Notes under the pieces: model-generated
What the model was told of the DNA's origin: nothing
Database searches by the model: none
Seen by the model: only the letters and a program-made list of their open reading frames with translations
Part shown: positions 19,157 through 29,400 of the stretch, piece by piece
Layout of the letters: each line of letters starts with the position of its first letter
Position numbering within the stretch: the stretch's first letter is position 1
Made by a program: the position numbers and the translations under genes
DNA from: a virus
Taxonomy: Duplodnaviria; Caudoviricetes
IMG/VR virus record: IMGVR_UViG_3300028374_000002
Span: 128,001-192,000 of that record
Reading direction: 5' to 3' (one strand)
DNA: 64,000 nucleotides

Positions 19157-19917
19157 TCAATAACATTATATCCATCTATTCCCCTAACTTTATCTATAGG
19201 TGGTACTTCAAATCCAAAACCATCTAAAAAGCTATAAAGCCTATCGTATAGAATAGTGTTTTTGCCTCTTATAACTTCAAATTCTTGAAATTCTTCGATT
19301 AGTTCTTCATCTGTAAGAGAATTGTTTCTAATCTCACCCATCATAGGTTGATTTTTAAAATAATTATATAGGTAGAATAATGGATTACCATACATTTTTA
19401 TATCCCCACCAACTTCTGGAAATCCTTCAAATGATGTTATGTTATTATTACTAATGTCTAAATCCCCCTCTATTCTTTTTGATATATAATCAAACGATTC
19501 TATTTTATTGTTACCACAAAACAGACCACCGTTTATAACTTCTGGTAGATATTTAAAACTTTTTATTTCATTACCAGCAAAGTCATAATGATGACCTACT
19601 TTACTAGGACCACCTTTAAGTGTTTTTAGATTATTCATAGCACAACTATAATCACCACCAACCTCTGTTGGTCCATTATTTAGGCTAAATATACCTGACT
19701 TGTATGCATTAAAAGAAAATTTAACTTTATTTATTTTTATAGGTAGCATATATCCAACTTTATCAAATATAGAGGTTTGGAAGTTATCATTTATATCTAT
19801 TGAGTAGTCATCATTTATAGTATAGTTTACTATACCGTGTGTTGTAACAAATTCTTTTATTTGGCTTATCTTTTCTTTATCACTTTTAAAGTCCTCATAT
19901 AATTTAATATTTCCCAC
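19153..19917 (-). CDS. Dispersed member of the 21-aa LRR family
   Basis: MGNIKLYEDF start, NYTINDDYSIDI cap, L..L.GGP..VGG.Y.C..N repeats, EFEVIRG..ILYDRL..F cap. Confidence 0.8.
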   Translation of the reverse strand: MGNIKLYEDFKSDKEKISQIKEFVTTHGIVNYTINDDYSIDINDNFQTSIFDKVGYMLPIKINKVKFSFNAYKSGIFSLNNGPTEVGGDYSCAMNNLKTLKGGPSKVGHHYDFAGNEIKSFKYLPEVINGGLFCGNNKIESFDYISKRIEGDLDISNNNITSFEGFPEVGGDIKMYGNPLFYLYNYFKNQPMMGEIRNNSLTDEELIEEFQEFEVIRGKNTILYDRLYSFLDGFGFEVPPIDKVRGIDGYNVID

Positions 19918-19966
19918 GAAGTATATATTAAGTTAAAACTTTACTTTTTAAAAATATATAATAAAC

Positions 19967-21838
19967 ATGGAAAATAATAAAAAAGAAGGTGTTATAAACT
20001 TCTCAGTGAATGGGAATGCATCAATAGAAATTGATAAAACTAAGATATACATACACAAAAGCAAGACTTTAAATGCTTTAAATAAGGATTTAGTGAGTGT
20101 AAATGTTTATAAAAATAAATCAAGGCAAGAAGCTGAAGTAATCGAGGTATTAAAGAGAAATAGGAAAACATTTGTAGGTAAGGCAAGAGTAGGGAAAAAG
20201 ACTATTTTTGTAGTTGCTGATGATAATAAAACACCTGTTGACTTCTATATAAAGGGTGGTTTAACTTGTAAAAATGGACAGAAGGTAATAGTAGAGTTTA
20301 CTAAATGGAATGATGGTAAATCACCACAAGGGAAGATAATTGAGATATTGGGAGACTCTGGTGAAAATAATGCAGAAATGAACTCAATAATGCATGATTA
20401 TAATCTACCAGTAGAGTTTCCTAGAGATGTTGAGAAGGAAGCATCCAAAATCCCAAAGGAAATATCAATGAAAGATATTAGCGAAAGGAGAGATATGAGG
20501 GGAATTAAGACATTCACTATTGATCCAAAGAGTGCCAAGGATTTTGATGATGCACTTTCAGTTAAGAATATTGAAAGTGGTTTAATAGAAGTAGGTATTC
20601 ATATAGCAGATGTTGGACATTATGTAAAGGACGGAACTTTACTAAATGATGAGGCTATTAAAAGAGCAACATCGGTATATCTCGTTGATAGAGTTATACC
20701 AATGCTACCAGAGGTTTTAAGTAATGACATATGTTCTTTGAAGCCACATGTAGATAGATTAGCATTTTCTGTAATCTTAACTATAAATGAGGATGGTAAG
20801 ATATTAAAAGAATGGTTTGGTAAGACAATAATAAATTCAGATAATAGATTTACATATGCAGAAGCACAAAGTATAATAGAGGGAGATAGCCATGTATTAG
20901 ATTACGAAGTTAGGATATTAGACACAATTGCAAGGAAAATAAGAAAGAAAAGAATTGGAGAAGGTTCAATAGAAATGGGTGGTGTAGAAATACAATTTAA
21001 GTTAGCACCAGATAATAAAAAACCAATAGGTGTTTATTATAAGGTACAGAAAGAGGCTAATAAGCTTATAGAGGAATATATGTTACTAGCCAACAAAGCA
21101 GTTGCTAAGAAGCTATCAAATGCACAAAGAACAGGTGTTTATAGAGTACACAACACTCCTTCTATTGAGAAACTTAATGCACTAGCAGATATATGTGAAA
21201 GTTTTGGCTATAGTGTAGACTTAGAGAAAACTTCTAATGATTTAAAAAAGGAGTTGAATAAATTACTAATAGAGATAAAAGACCAACCAGAAGAAAATAT
21301 GATACAGACACTAGTAACTAGGTCTATGTCTAAGGCATATTATACTATAAAGAATATTGGACATTATGGGTTAGGATTTTCACACTACTCACATTTTACA
21401 TCTCCAATAAGAAGATACCCTGATCTTATAACACATAGGCTATTGTTAGGCTTATTAGAGAATAAGCCTAAGTCTAATCCTCTATCTATTGAAGAAGATG
21501 CAGAGTGGTGTTCACAAAGAGAAATAATAGCATCTAAGGCTCAGAGGGATTCTATAAAATACAAGCAAGTTGAATTTCTAATGGACAAGATTGGACAAAT
21601 ATTCCAAGGTGTCATCACTGGTGTTACTGACTGGGGCATATATGTAGAATTAACAGATAATAAATGCGAGGGTATGATAGCACCAAATGATTTAGGAGAT
21701 GGTAAGTGGAGAATAGATACTAAGAAATATACAGGTGATAATAAACTAGGTGATAAACTATCACTGGGTGATGAAATTACAATTGTTGTAGATAATGTGG
21801 ACTTGGATAAGAAACAGATAAACTTTAAAAAGTTTTAA
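19967..21838 (+). CDS. rnr: Ribonuclease R / RNB-family 3'-5' exoribonuclease
   Basis: TIDPKSAKDFDDALS, VHIADV-like IHIADV, EEYMLLAN, HYGLGFSHYSHFTSPIRRYPDL, C-terminal S1 domain. Confidence 0.92.
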   Translation: MENNKKEGVINFSVNGNASIEIDKTKIYIHKSKTLNALNKDLVSVNVYKNKSRQEAEVIEVLKRNRKTFVGKARVGKKTIFVVADDNKTPVDFYIKGGLTCKNGQKVIVEFTKWNDGKSPQGKIIEILGDSGENNAEMNSIMHDYNLPVEFPRDVEKEASKIPKEISMKDISERRDMRGIKTFTIDPKSAKDFDDALSVKNIESGLIEVGIHIADVGHYVKDGTLLNDEAIKRATSVYLVDRVIPMLPEVLSNDICSLKPHVDRLAFSVILTINEDGKILKEWFGKTIINSDNRFTYAEAQSIIEGDSHVLDYEVRILDTIARKIRKKRIGEGSIEMGGVEIQFKLAPDNKKPIGVYYKVQKEANKLIEEYMLLANKAVAKKLSNAQRTGVYRVHNTPSIEKLNALADICESFGYSVDLEKTSNDLKKELNKLLIEIKDQPEENMIQTLVTRSMSKAYYTIKNIGHYGLGFSHYSHFTSPIRRYPDLITHRLLLGLLENKPKSNPLSIEEDAEWCSQREIIASKAQRDSIKYKQVEFLMDKIGQIFQGVITGVTDWGIYVELTDNKCEGMIAPNDLGDGKWRIDTKKYTGDNKLGDKLSLGDEITIVVDNVDLDKKQINFKKF

Positions 21839-21857
21839 TTAGAACAAAAACTAGCAC

Positions 21858-21897
21858 AAATAAAAACATGACTGAATATTCAGTCATGTTTTTATTT
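21858..21897. terminator. Bidirectional terminator (perfect 40-bp palindrome)
   Basis: AAATAAAAACATGACTGAAT|ATTCAGTCATGTTTTTATTT between the convergent rnr and portal genes. Confidence 0.8.
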
Positions 21898-21918
21898 TTG
21901 TACCAATCCATAATTATT

Positions 21919-23613
21919 TTAGAACTCAAACTCATCACCACCACCAGTATCTGGACTTGGATCATCTGTGCCACCAATATCTAAATCATCACCACCGTCA
22001 TCTATTGCAGAGTCGTCTGTGTCACCTGGTCCACCATCCATGGGAGCACCTCCCTCACCTTCGAAACCTTCAACACCAACTGCCGAACCCGCACCTTTAT
22101 TATTATCTCTAGCCCAGTATCTTTCATTCTCTGCTTTCTCTTCTGGTGTTAATTTAAACACATTGTCCATAATCCATTCTATATGAAAGTATGGCTGTTC
22201 TTCATTTCTCATAACCCCTAATAAGCTACTAACAACATCTGCCTTTTTAGACATATTATTTATCTTCTTCCAGTCCTCAAATGTTTGATTGCTATAGAAG
22301 TATATGTCTATTTGGTTTATAAAGTTTTCATCATCAGTAAGTTCTGGGAATTCTATAAGCAGTTGTAACCTCACTGGTTTGACAATCATTTCTTTAAAAT
22401 TCGCTCTAAGTCTACTAATAAAGTTATGAAATTTTATCTCATCTCTGGTCATATCTGATGCATCGGTAAATAAATTACCACCACCATTTTCAGACTCGAA
22501 TCTCTGTACAGGTATTTTAGAAGCTCTTTTGAGTGCTCTGTAAAACCAATTTAACATAGTTTCATCATTTAAATCATGACCTTCTTGCTTAACAAGTTCC
22601 ATATTAGGAGTACCTGCATCACCCTCTGGGAACCATATTTGTTTATTATAATGCAATTGTTTAGAACCATTCATAGATAATGTTCCTAAATCATCATCCC
22701 ATTCTACGTCTTCTGAATAGTCATGTATTAATTGTCCTATTTGTTCTTCTGCTCTTTGTCTAGACATTCCCTTAATAGGAACTGTAAATTTTTGATAAAC
22801 TTGAGCATTTAATACGTTAAACATTATTCTTGTCTGTTCAAGTATTTTAAGTTGGTTATATGGTTTTATAAGACCCTCCACATAAGAAGTTTCTGAATAA
22901 TCATTTTGTGTAGAATATGATATATAAACTATCTGTGAATCTAGAAATATTCTTCTTAACTGTGGATCTTCTGGATATTGTATCCATAAGTGTCCAACAT
23001 TAGGTTCATAAGCAGGTACTAATGTATCTGGTCTTAATCCATTAAATCCAATAATATTCTTCTTTTTATCATCAAAGATTATTTCTGATGCTAAATAGCC
23101 ATCGATTAAGAAATCTTTCATCATATTCCACGCAGTAATATTGTCAGAAAATCCATACTTAGTATAAACTTTTTTGAAATATTCTAGATATTTATCTTGT
23201 ATCTCTTGTGAATATTCATTTGAAAGTGATCTTGCTGAACAAAAATCACTTTCATCGTTATATACTATACATTCATCACACACAGAAGATACAAAATCTC
23301 TTATATCATCCTTTATAGAATACTCTCTAAGTATTCTTCTTTTATCAGCATATGATTTGTCAAGATACGGAATAGATTTTCTACTTAATACAGATGATAC
23401 GGCCCTTTGGCTGAAGAAATCATACATTGAATTCCCCTTTGATGAATAAGGATCTTCATTGATTCCTATACCTACTTGGTTTCTTATAATCATATCATTA
23501 TAATTCATTCCATAATTTGAAAGATTTCTAAGTATTTTACTAAAGATTCCTTTATTCTCTATTGCTGAATTTGCAGTACCAAAATCTGAACTAGTAGTAT
23601 TATATGTTGCCAT
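21919..23613 (-). CDS. gp20: Portal protein (T4 gp20-like)
   Basis: WNMMKDFLIDG, LKILEQTRIMF, WFYRALKRASKIPVQRF, TRDEIKFHNFISRLR..F. Confidence 0.88.
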   Translation of the reverse strand: MATYNTTSSDFGTANSAIENKGIFSKILRNLSNYGMNYNDMIIRNQVGIGINEDPYSSKGNSMYDFFSQRAVSSVLSRKSIPYLDKSYADKRRILREYSIKDDIRDFVSSVCDECIVYNDESDFCSARSLSNEYSQEIQDKYLEYFKKVYTKYGFSDNITAWNMMKDFLIDGYLASEIIFDDKKKNIIGFNGLRPDTLVPAYEPNVGHLWIQYPEDPQLRRIFLDSQIVYISYSTQNDYSETSYVEGLIKPYNQLKILEQTRIMFNVLNAQVYQKFTVPIKGMSRQRAEEQIGQLIHDYSEDVEWDDDLGTLSMNGSKQLHYNKQIWFPEGDAGTPNMELVKQEGHDLNDETMLNWFYRALKRASKIPVQRFESENGGGNLFTDASDMTRDEIKFHNFISRLRANFKEMIVKPVRLQLLIEFPELTDDENFINQIDIYFYSNQTFEDWKKINNMSKKADVVSSLLGVMRNEEQPYFHIEWIMDNVFKLTPEEKAENERYWARDNNKGAGSAVGVEGFEGEGGAPMDGGPGDTDDSAIDDGGDDLDIGGTDDPSPDTGGGDEFEF

Positions 23614-23679
23614 TTATGATTTGTATTTACATTATATATTAAGTTACAAACCTCCCATTAATCGCTTGATTAGCAAGGG

Positions 23680-24366
23680 TTAATACTTTTTAATATTTCT
23701 TTGTAATCTTTTTATATGTCCTTTAAGGACATCGTATTTTTCAGATATCTCAGAATTAACATCATAAAAATCGCTTAATAATGATAATGTCATCTCTCTA
23801 TGTCTCTGTTCTCTTTTAGCTAGCTTAGCTTCCCATATTTGCATAAGCTTCATAGGATCATATTTATTTTTTGGATGTTGGTGGTATAAGAATCTTGGAA
23901 GTATGTCTAAGCTAACTTTATGAACTACTTTTATTCTAGATACATCATATTCATTAAGAGCATATTCAAATCCCAACCTCCTAAGTTCATCATATATACC
24001 TTGTAGGTCTACTTTTAGATAGTTATTATCTTCAAAATCTTTCTCTGTTATGTACTTATCAAATAATAATACCCTAACCTCTAATGGTATAAAATTAAAG
24101 TTAACACCAAATGCTATAACCTTCCCAGACATCTTTCTATAATCTGCTAGAAATATTGGCGAGTATTTCATCCAATTAGACTCATCTTGGTAATGTAAAA
24201 AATAGAATCCACCATTTGACATTTTAGAAACTGGTATTGCATTAAACTCTTTTGTAGTTTTTGTATATTGCTCATAAAAGTATAAGCTGTTGTTCTTGAA
24301 ATTATCAGAAATACTATTACCATGTAATAATAAATCTAGCTTTGTTCGTTTAAATAGTTCTGCCAT
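23680..24366 (-). CDS. gp2: DNA end protector (T4 gp2-like)
   Basis: KYSPIF..., GVNFNFIPLEVRVLLFD; divergent from the gp4-like gene. Confidence 0.6.
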   Translation of the reverse strand: MAELFKRTKLDLLLHGNSISDNFKNNSLYFYEQYTKTTKEFNAIPVSKMSNGGFYFLHYQDESNWMKYSPIFLADYRKMSGKVIAFGVNFNFIPLEVRVLLFDKYITEKDFEDNNYLKVDLQGIYDELRRLGFEYALNEYDVSRIKVVHKVSLDILPRFLYHQHPKNKYDPMKLMQIWEAKLAKREQRHREMTLSLLSDFYDVNSEISEKYDVLKGHIKRLQRNIKKY

Positions 24367-24413
24367 AGTATATATATTATTTTAGAAAAAGAACATTTCT
24401 TAATATATACAAT

Positions 24414-24935
24414 ATGTTAAACTCAAAACCAAATAACAAAAAGTATCACCAAGGTAATTATAGACCTAAGAATAGAGATAAGATAGTTAAAATGAATTCA
24501 GAAGGTGGTGTCTATTTCAGAAGTGGTCTAGAACAAAGATTTATGGTTTACTTAGACATGAATGATAATGTTAAGAAATGGGGTGCAGAATGTTTGAAGA
24601 TAAGCTACCAAAAAATGAATCCAAGTTCTGGTGCTTTAAAACAACATACTTACTACCCAGATTTCTACTATGAACTAAGAGGTAGTGATGGTGTTTTAAA
24701 ACAAGTAGTTGTTGAAGTTAAGCCTATGAAAGAGTACAGAAATGTACAAATGCTTATGGAGAATAAGCTAAAAGTACCAGAAAATGGCTTAAAGAAGTTG
24801 AGGAATTTTGAATACGACCTAAAAATGGCACATACAAACAGAAGCAAGTGGGAGGCAATGATAAAGTGGTGTGATAAAAAAGGTTATAAGTTTATAATAA
24901 TAACAGAAGAGCATCTAAAGCAGTATGGCGTTTAA
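24414..24935 (+). CDS. gp4: Head completion nuclease (T4 gp4 / TnsA-like)
   Basis: YRPKN, FRSGLE, YYPDF, VEVKP, KWEA..KWC...FIIITE. Confidence 0.85.
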   Translation: MLNSKPNNKKYHQGNYRPKNRDKIVKMNSEGGVYFRSGLEQRFMVYLDMNDNVKKWGAECLKISYQKMNPSSGALKQHTYYPDFYYELRGSDGVLKQVVVEVKPMKEYRNVQMLMENKLKVPENGLKKLRNFEYDLKMAHTNRSKWEAMIKWCDKKGYKFIIITEEHLKQYGV

Positions 24936-25207
24936 ATAACTAATATCTCGTTTAGGTTTAGTAAATTATTCATCTCATGTCTCATAAGCTTAACTGTTTC
25001 TAAGCCTTTTATTAAATTAGATTTTAATAAAACATCAATAGGCTCACCAATAGCTCTCTCGTAGTATTCTGGGACTTTATTCCTGCCACTATAGATTGAT
25101 TTTAAATATTTGTCTCTAGATTGTAAATCTGAATGTATGGAACAACCACATGGTCTGTTATTATTCTTTTCACTTTCTTCCCATAGTTGTAAAACAGCTC
25201 TTGTCAT
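24932..25207 (-). CDS. Hypothetical protein
   Basis: 91-aa ORF filling the gap between genes. Confidence 0.45.
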   Translation of the reverse strand: MTRAVLQLWEESEKNNNRPCGCSIHSDLQSRDKYLKSIYSGRNKVPEYYERAIGEPIDVLLKSNLIKGLETVKLMRHEMNNLLNLNEILVI

Positions 25208-25250
25208 ATATTATTATTTGTGATTATTATATATGAATTAATTTAAATGT

Positions 25251-27035
25251 TTAACTTTTATATAGCCATTTTTCTTGACCAGTCGAAAATATTCTATAAT
25301 AACCCCTTTCGTTCATTATTTCTAACTCAGTCTTATCTTTATCAAATCCTTGTTTTACTAGCTTTCTTTTAGAGTAATTATATCTGTGTATTCTTTTCCC
25401 ATTTATAACCCAAAAATAATTAGGTTTAGATAATGTATCAAAAACAAAACCTAACTTTTTATAGACACCACCACCAAATAATGATATGTCGGCATATGAT
25501 ATTAAATATTCAAACTTAGTATTGTCTACGAAATACTTAAATAGTTTAGAAGCACCACCAATAACACTAGTATTTAATTCATTACAAAACCTAATTAATT
25601 CATATTCTTTTTTATTGTTTGTTCTCCTCCATCCGAATGTCATTAAACTAACTAACTCATCATTAAAATATAATCCTAAGTTTATTGAAGAAGATGCATA
25701 TCCTTGTATATGATTATTGTTTAGAAATAATTTATAATCTTTGGTATTGACCTCTCTTATATCACATTTTCTAGCATATATTCTATTATTTACTTTACCC
25801 AATCTATTCCTTATGATTGATTTTATTATTTCTTTCTTGCTATCCCAGTCGTCCTCCCATATATGTAGCAGAGATATCCCCTCTTCATTGCACTTATTTG
25901 TTTTACTGATATGATAATCACTACTTTTGAATAGTTCAGAGTGCCAGTATATGCCGTTACACTCAATAGCTATATTATATTCTGGTATGTATATATCAAT
26001 CTCCTTACCTTTTAGTATTTTTTTATCATTTTTTATATAGCCAATTCCTAGACTCTCTATAAAAGAACCAACTTGTGTTTCGAAGTTAGAATATAATACA
26101 CCAACTGGGTTGCATTGTGTACATATCATCTTACATGAGTTAAACCTTGCTCTTAATAAACCTTTGTTTATATCAAAGGTATTATTACATTCTTTATGTA
26201 TTAATGAGAATGTCTCATTTTTATATGAATTAAGTATATACTTATCTGATATTAGTTCTGCATATCTTTTAAATGTTTTTCTCTGTTTAGTATTCTTTGC
26301 CTTTAACTTAAAATTTTCATTCTTAGAAGGATGCTCACCCCAGTTTGAAAAATTTGTAGATTTTACCTTCTCTTTATATTCTATAGTTTTTGAATAATTA
26401 CTAACACCCCATTTCTCTATAGAAGTTTCTTTTATTTTGTCTTTATAGTAGTCTGATTTGGATATCCAATCTACACCATATTTATCATTAAATGATTTTC
26501 TTGATTTGGATATAGTCGATTTACTTTGCATAGACCAGTCTACACCTAAGTTCTTTTGATTAGTTTCTTTTATTTTGTTAATAACGCCAATAGACTTAGA
26601 AGGATTAGTAACACCATACCTATCTAAAGATGTTTGTACGAACTTATCCTTCCATTCTTTCGTCTTAGAATAGTGGGAAACATTATATTTGTCTAGAAGG
26701 CTTTTCTTAAGAGTTTGTTTAACTTCTTCTGATTGCATTGGATTTTTAACACCATACTTTTTAAGAGAAGTCTTTTCAGATTTTATCTTTTTACAAGAGT
26801 TGCAATAATATATCCCACTTAGACCATTCGTGTAATTCCAGTAGTCTTTAAAGCCATTAGAGACTTCTTTGTTACAGTTTTGGCATATACATGTAATCTT
26901 AGATGAAGTTCCCTTAGACAAGTGTTCTACGCTTATATCTATATATTTACCAACACTAATATCATATCCAAATGATTTGTAATATTTTATATTCCTAGAG
27001 TGACCCTTTATCTTTATCTTTTTTTCTTTTATCAT
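25251..27035 (-). CDS. Hef-like homing endonuclease
   Basis: KYGV repeats; IDIYIPEYNIAIECNGIYWHSE; HIWEDDW; YELIRFC. Confidence 0.75.
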   Translation of the reverse strand: MIKEKKIKIKGHSRNIKYYKSFGYDISVGKYIDISVEHLSKGTSSKITCICQNCNKEVSNGFKDYWNYTNGLSGIYYCNSCKKIKSEKTSLKKYGVKNPMQSEEVKQTLKKSLLDKYNVSHYSKTKEWKDKFVQTSLDRYGVTNPSKSIGVINKIKETNQKNLGVDWSMQSKSTISKSRKSFNDKYGVDWISKSDYYKDKIKETSIEKWGVSNYSKTIEYKEKVKSTNFSNWGEHPSKNENFKLKAKNTKQRKTFKRYAELISDKYILNSYKNETFSLIHKECNNTFDINKGLLRARFNSCKMICTQCNPVGVLYSNFETQVGSFIESLGIGYIKNDKKILKGKEIDIYIPEYNIAIECNGIYWHSELFKSSDYHISKTNKCNEEGISLLHIWEDDWDSKKEIIKSIIRNRLGKVNNRIYARKCDIREVNTKDYKLFLNNNHIQGYASSSINLGLYFNDELVSLMTFGWRRTNNKKEYELIRFCNELNTSVIGGASKLFKYFVDNTKFEYLISYADISLFGGGVYKKLGFVFDTLSKPNYFWVINGKRIHRYNYSKRKLVKQGFDKDKTELEIMNERGYYRIFSTGQEKWLYKS

Positions 27036-27092
27036 TATATGTTATATCTATATATCTAAAAGAGTTGTTGCTAAAGGGTGTGAAAATATAAA

Positions 27093-27458
27093 TTATAGAG
27101 AATGAATACCATTACCATCGTTAGAACCCTCTATTGATAGTACCTTTATTAGATTATCACCATCGCCTTTCTTTTTATAGAGTTCATTAAATCCCTTAGC
27201 TAACCCTCGTTTAAATATTTCTGTGAAGTATGCAAAGGCATTTACTGACTTAGCTTCGTTAAAGTTATACCAATTTTGGTACATGTCTAAAACGCCTGAT
27301 TGGTAGCAATCCATTTTATCATCATTTGACCAGTACCTCATTTTCTTAATGGTTTTATTTCCTAGTAATTCTAGCATCTTCTCAGCCTTTCTAGTAAGCT
27401 TACCTCTTGCTTTTGATACTATTATTTCTACATATAGTTCTTTGTTGTTTAAATACAT
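27093..27458 (-). CDS. gp55: Late-transcription sigma factor (T4 gp55-like, compact)
   Basis: YLNNKEL N-terminus, DDKMDC..., YNFN..KS.NAFAYFTEI motif. Confidence 0.75.
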   Translation of the reverse strand: MYLNNKELYVEIIVSKARGKLTRKAEKMLELLGNKTIKKMRYWSNDDKMDCYQSGVLDMYQNWYNFNEAKSVNAFAYFTEIFKRGLAKGFNELYKKKGDGDNLIKVLSIEGSNDGNGIHSL

Positions 27459-28370
27459 TTATGTTCTATTATTTTTATATATATTATATATATTTTTATC
27501 AATAAGTTTTAACTTTTCATTAACAGATTCGTCATATTTGATTATTAATAGATTTATTCTATTATTTGCACAAAATTCTTGTTTTATCTTATCTTTTTTT
27601 CTATTATATTCCAAATTTTTAACACCACCAAAGTATTTTACTGGCTTATAGTGTTGTTCACCATTATATTCAATACAAATATTGTATTTTGGTATATAGA
27701 AATCAAATCTTAAAGGAAGCTTATTTACACAACCATTAAAGGATTTTTGAAATTCATATAATATTTTATTTTTGTCTAGAAAAATACTTATCATACTCTC
27801 CCCCTTTGACTTATTACAGTCTGGGCATCCATTCATGCTATATAAGTGATTATCAGGTCTTTGGCTAAAAATGCCATGCTTAACACATATTATATCAACA
27901 TGTGTTTTGTTATTTGTATAATTAACATTAGAATAATCCCATTTATGTTCTCCCCATATACTTTTAGAACTATCTATAAAGTCAGCTTGTAGTTTTGCCC
28001 TTTTACATACATCACAATCTTTTTCTTGGTTTAGATGTTGTTTAGGATAAATTTGAAAATAAGTACCATGACTTCGGCAACCTATTGTTAATTTACTCCT
28101 AGAACACTTGTACAAAGTTTTTGAATAATCCCATTTATGTTCTCCCCATACTCTCTTAGACTCTTGTATGAATTTATCTGTTGTCTTTACTTTTGTAGAG
28201 CATAATGGACACAGGTTGCCTTTTCTTATTTGTTTTAAGTTTCTAGAAAATTTAGTTTTGTGTTTATTGCAGACTATAATGGATTTAGTTGTATTGTTAG
28301 TATATTCGAAATATGAAAAATTATAATTAATTAGTTCTGTAACTTCTTCATAAAAGTTTGCTTTTTTCAT
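27459..28370 (-). CDS. Zn-ribbon repeat + Vsr-like free-standing endonuclease
   Basis: Repeated WDYS...Y...I.C..HG modules, SKGE, LRFDFY, IEYNGEQHY; paralog of 10540-11400. Confidence 0.75.
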   Translation of the reverse strand: MKKANFYEEVTELINYNFSYFEYTNNTTKSIIVCNKHKTKFSRNLKQIRKGNLCPLCSTKVKTTDKFIQESKRVWGEHKWDYSKTLYKCSRSKLTIGCRSHGTYFQIYPKQHLNQEKDCDVCKRAKLQADFIDSSKSIWGEHKWDYSNVNYTNNKTHVDIICVKHGIFSQRPDNHLYSMNGCPDCNKSKGESMISIFLDKNKILYEFQKSFNGCVNKLPLRFDFYIPKYNICIEYNGEQHYKPVKYFGGVKNLEYNRKKDKIKQEFCANNRINLLIIKYDESVNEKLKLIDKNIYNIYKNNRT

Positions 28371-28454
28371 ATAGGCTATATATTAAGTTAAATATGTAAC
28401 AAATAATTGGTGATAAGTAGTTTATTTTTATTATATTTGTATAAAACTTAAAAT

Positions 28455-29366
28455 ATGAAAAAAGCATTTATATTTATAGGGTTGCCATTGTCAGGTAAAT
28501 CTATGTATATTGAATCTAGAAAGAAAAAAGACTGGATTGGTATTAAGGTTGTATCTGCTGATAATATAAAGCTAACACACCCTGACTATAATCACAACGT
28601 CCCAGAACATGTGCATTTGTGGAGTACAAAAATGGCAGAGGAAGAGATAATTACTCTAGCTAAACAAGGGTTGTCTAAGATTGTTATGGATGGTGGTGGT
28701 ATTAACAATAGCTATACCATCAGAATAATTAATATGCTTAAGGACAATGGGTATAAAACAGAATTAATTCATATCAAAACCCCTTTACAAGTATGTCTTA
28801 GCAGAAATGAAAAACGTGAGAGGAAAGTACCACACATTGATATAATAAGAAAAGCAGCCAAAGAGAATATACAATTTAATAGAATATCAGAAATTTGTGA
28901 TATTTCAACTGTTGTTAATCACTTTTCTAATAAAAACATATTTGTAGATATGGATGGTGTTATAGCTGGATTATCTTTACTACCTACATATGAGGACAAA
29001 GTAGATTTTGTTAATAATGAAATATTCAAAACGCTATTACCAGTAAACCCCGTAATTGATAAACTAGAAAAATTAAAAGAAGAAGGAAGAAATATCTATA
29101 TATTATCAGCAATTCCAAATTCACTTTCGTATATAGATAAAAATGAGTGGTTAGATAAGCATTTCAACATAGACAAGGATAAGAGATTTTTTGTAAATTC
29201 GGGTAGGCACAAAGCAGAGATGTTAGATAATCTTAGATTAAAGTTAAAGCTAGAGAAAAGGGATGTATGTCTTATAGAAGACACACACTCTACTCTAGAA
29301 AAAGTAAGAGATTATGATATGAATCCTATACACGTATCAGAATTTCTCACAGATGGTTTTGTATAA
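28455..29366 (+). CDS. P-loop kinase + HAD phosphatase fusion (PseT/PNKP-like architecture)
   Basis: GLPLSGKS Walker A in the N-half, FVDMDGVIA HAD motif I in the C-half; TATATTTG at 28432-28439. Confidence 0.75.
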   Translation: MKKAFIFIGLPLSGKSMYIESRKKKDWIGIKVVSADNIKLTHPDYNHNVPEHVHLWSTKMAEEEIITLAKQGLSKIVMDGGGINNSYTIRIINMLKDNGYKTELIHIKTPLQVCLSRNEKRERKVPHIDIIRKAAKENIQFNRISEICDISTVVNHFSNKNIFVDMDGVIAGLSLLPTYEDKVDFVNNEIFKTLLPVNPVIDKLEKLKEEGRNIYILSAIPNSLSYIDKNEWLDKHFNIDKDKRFFVNSGRHKAEMLDNLRLKLKLEKRDVCLIEDTHSTLEKVRDYDMNPIHVSEFLTDGFV

Positions 29367-29367
29367 C

Positions 29368-29400
29368 AAAAAAGCTCTTGAATAACAAGAGCTTTTTAAT
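29368..29400. terminator. Terminator hairpin, copy 1 of a 33-bp direct repeat
   Basis: AAAAAAGCTCTTG-AATAA-CAAGAGCTTTTT-AAT. Confidence 0.8.
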
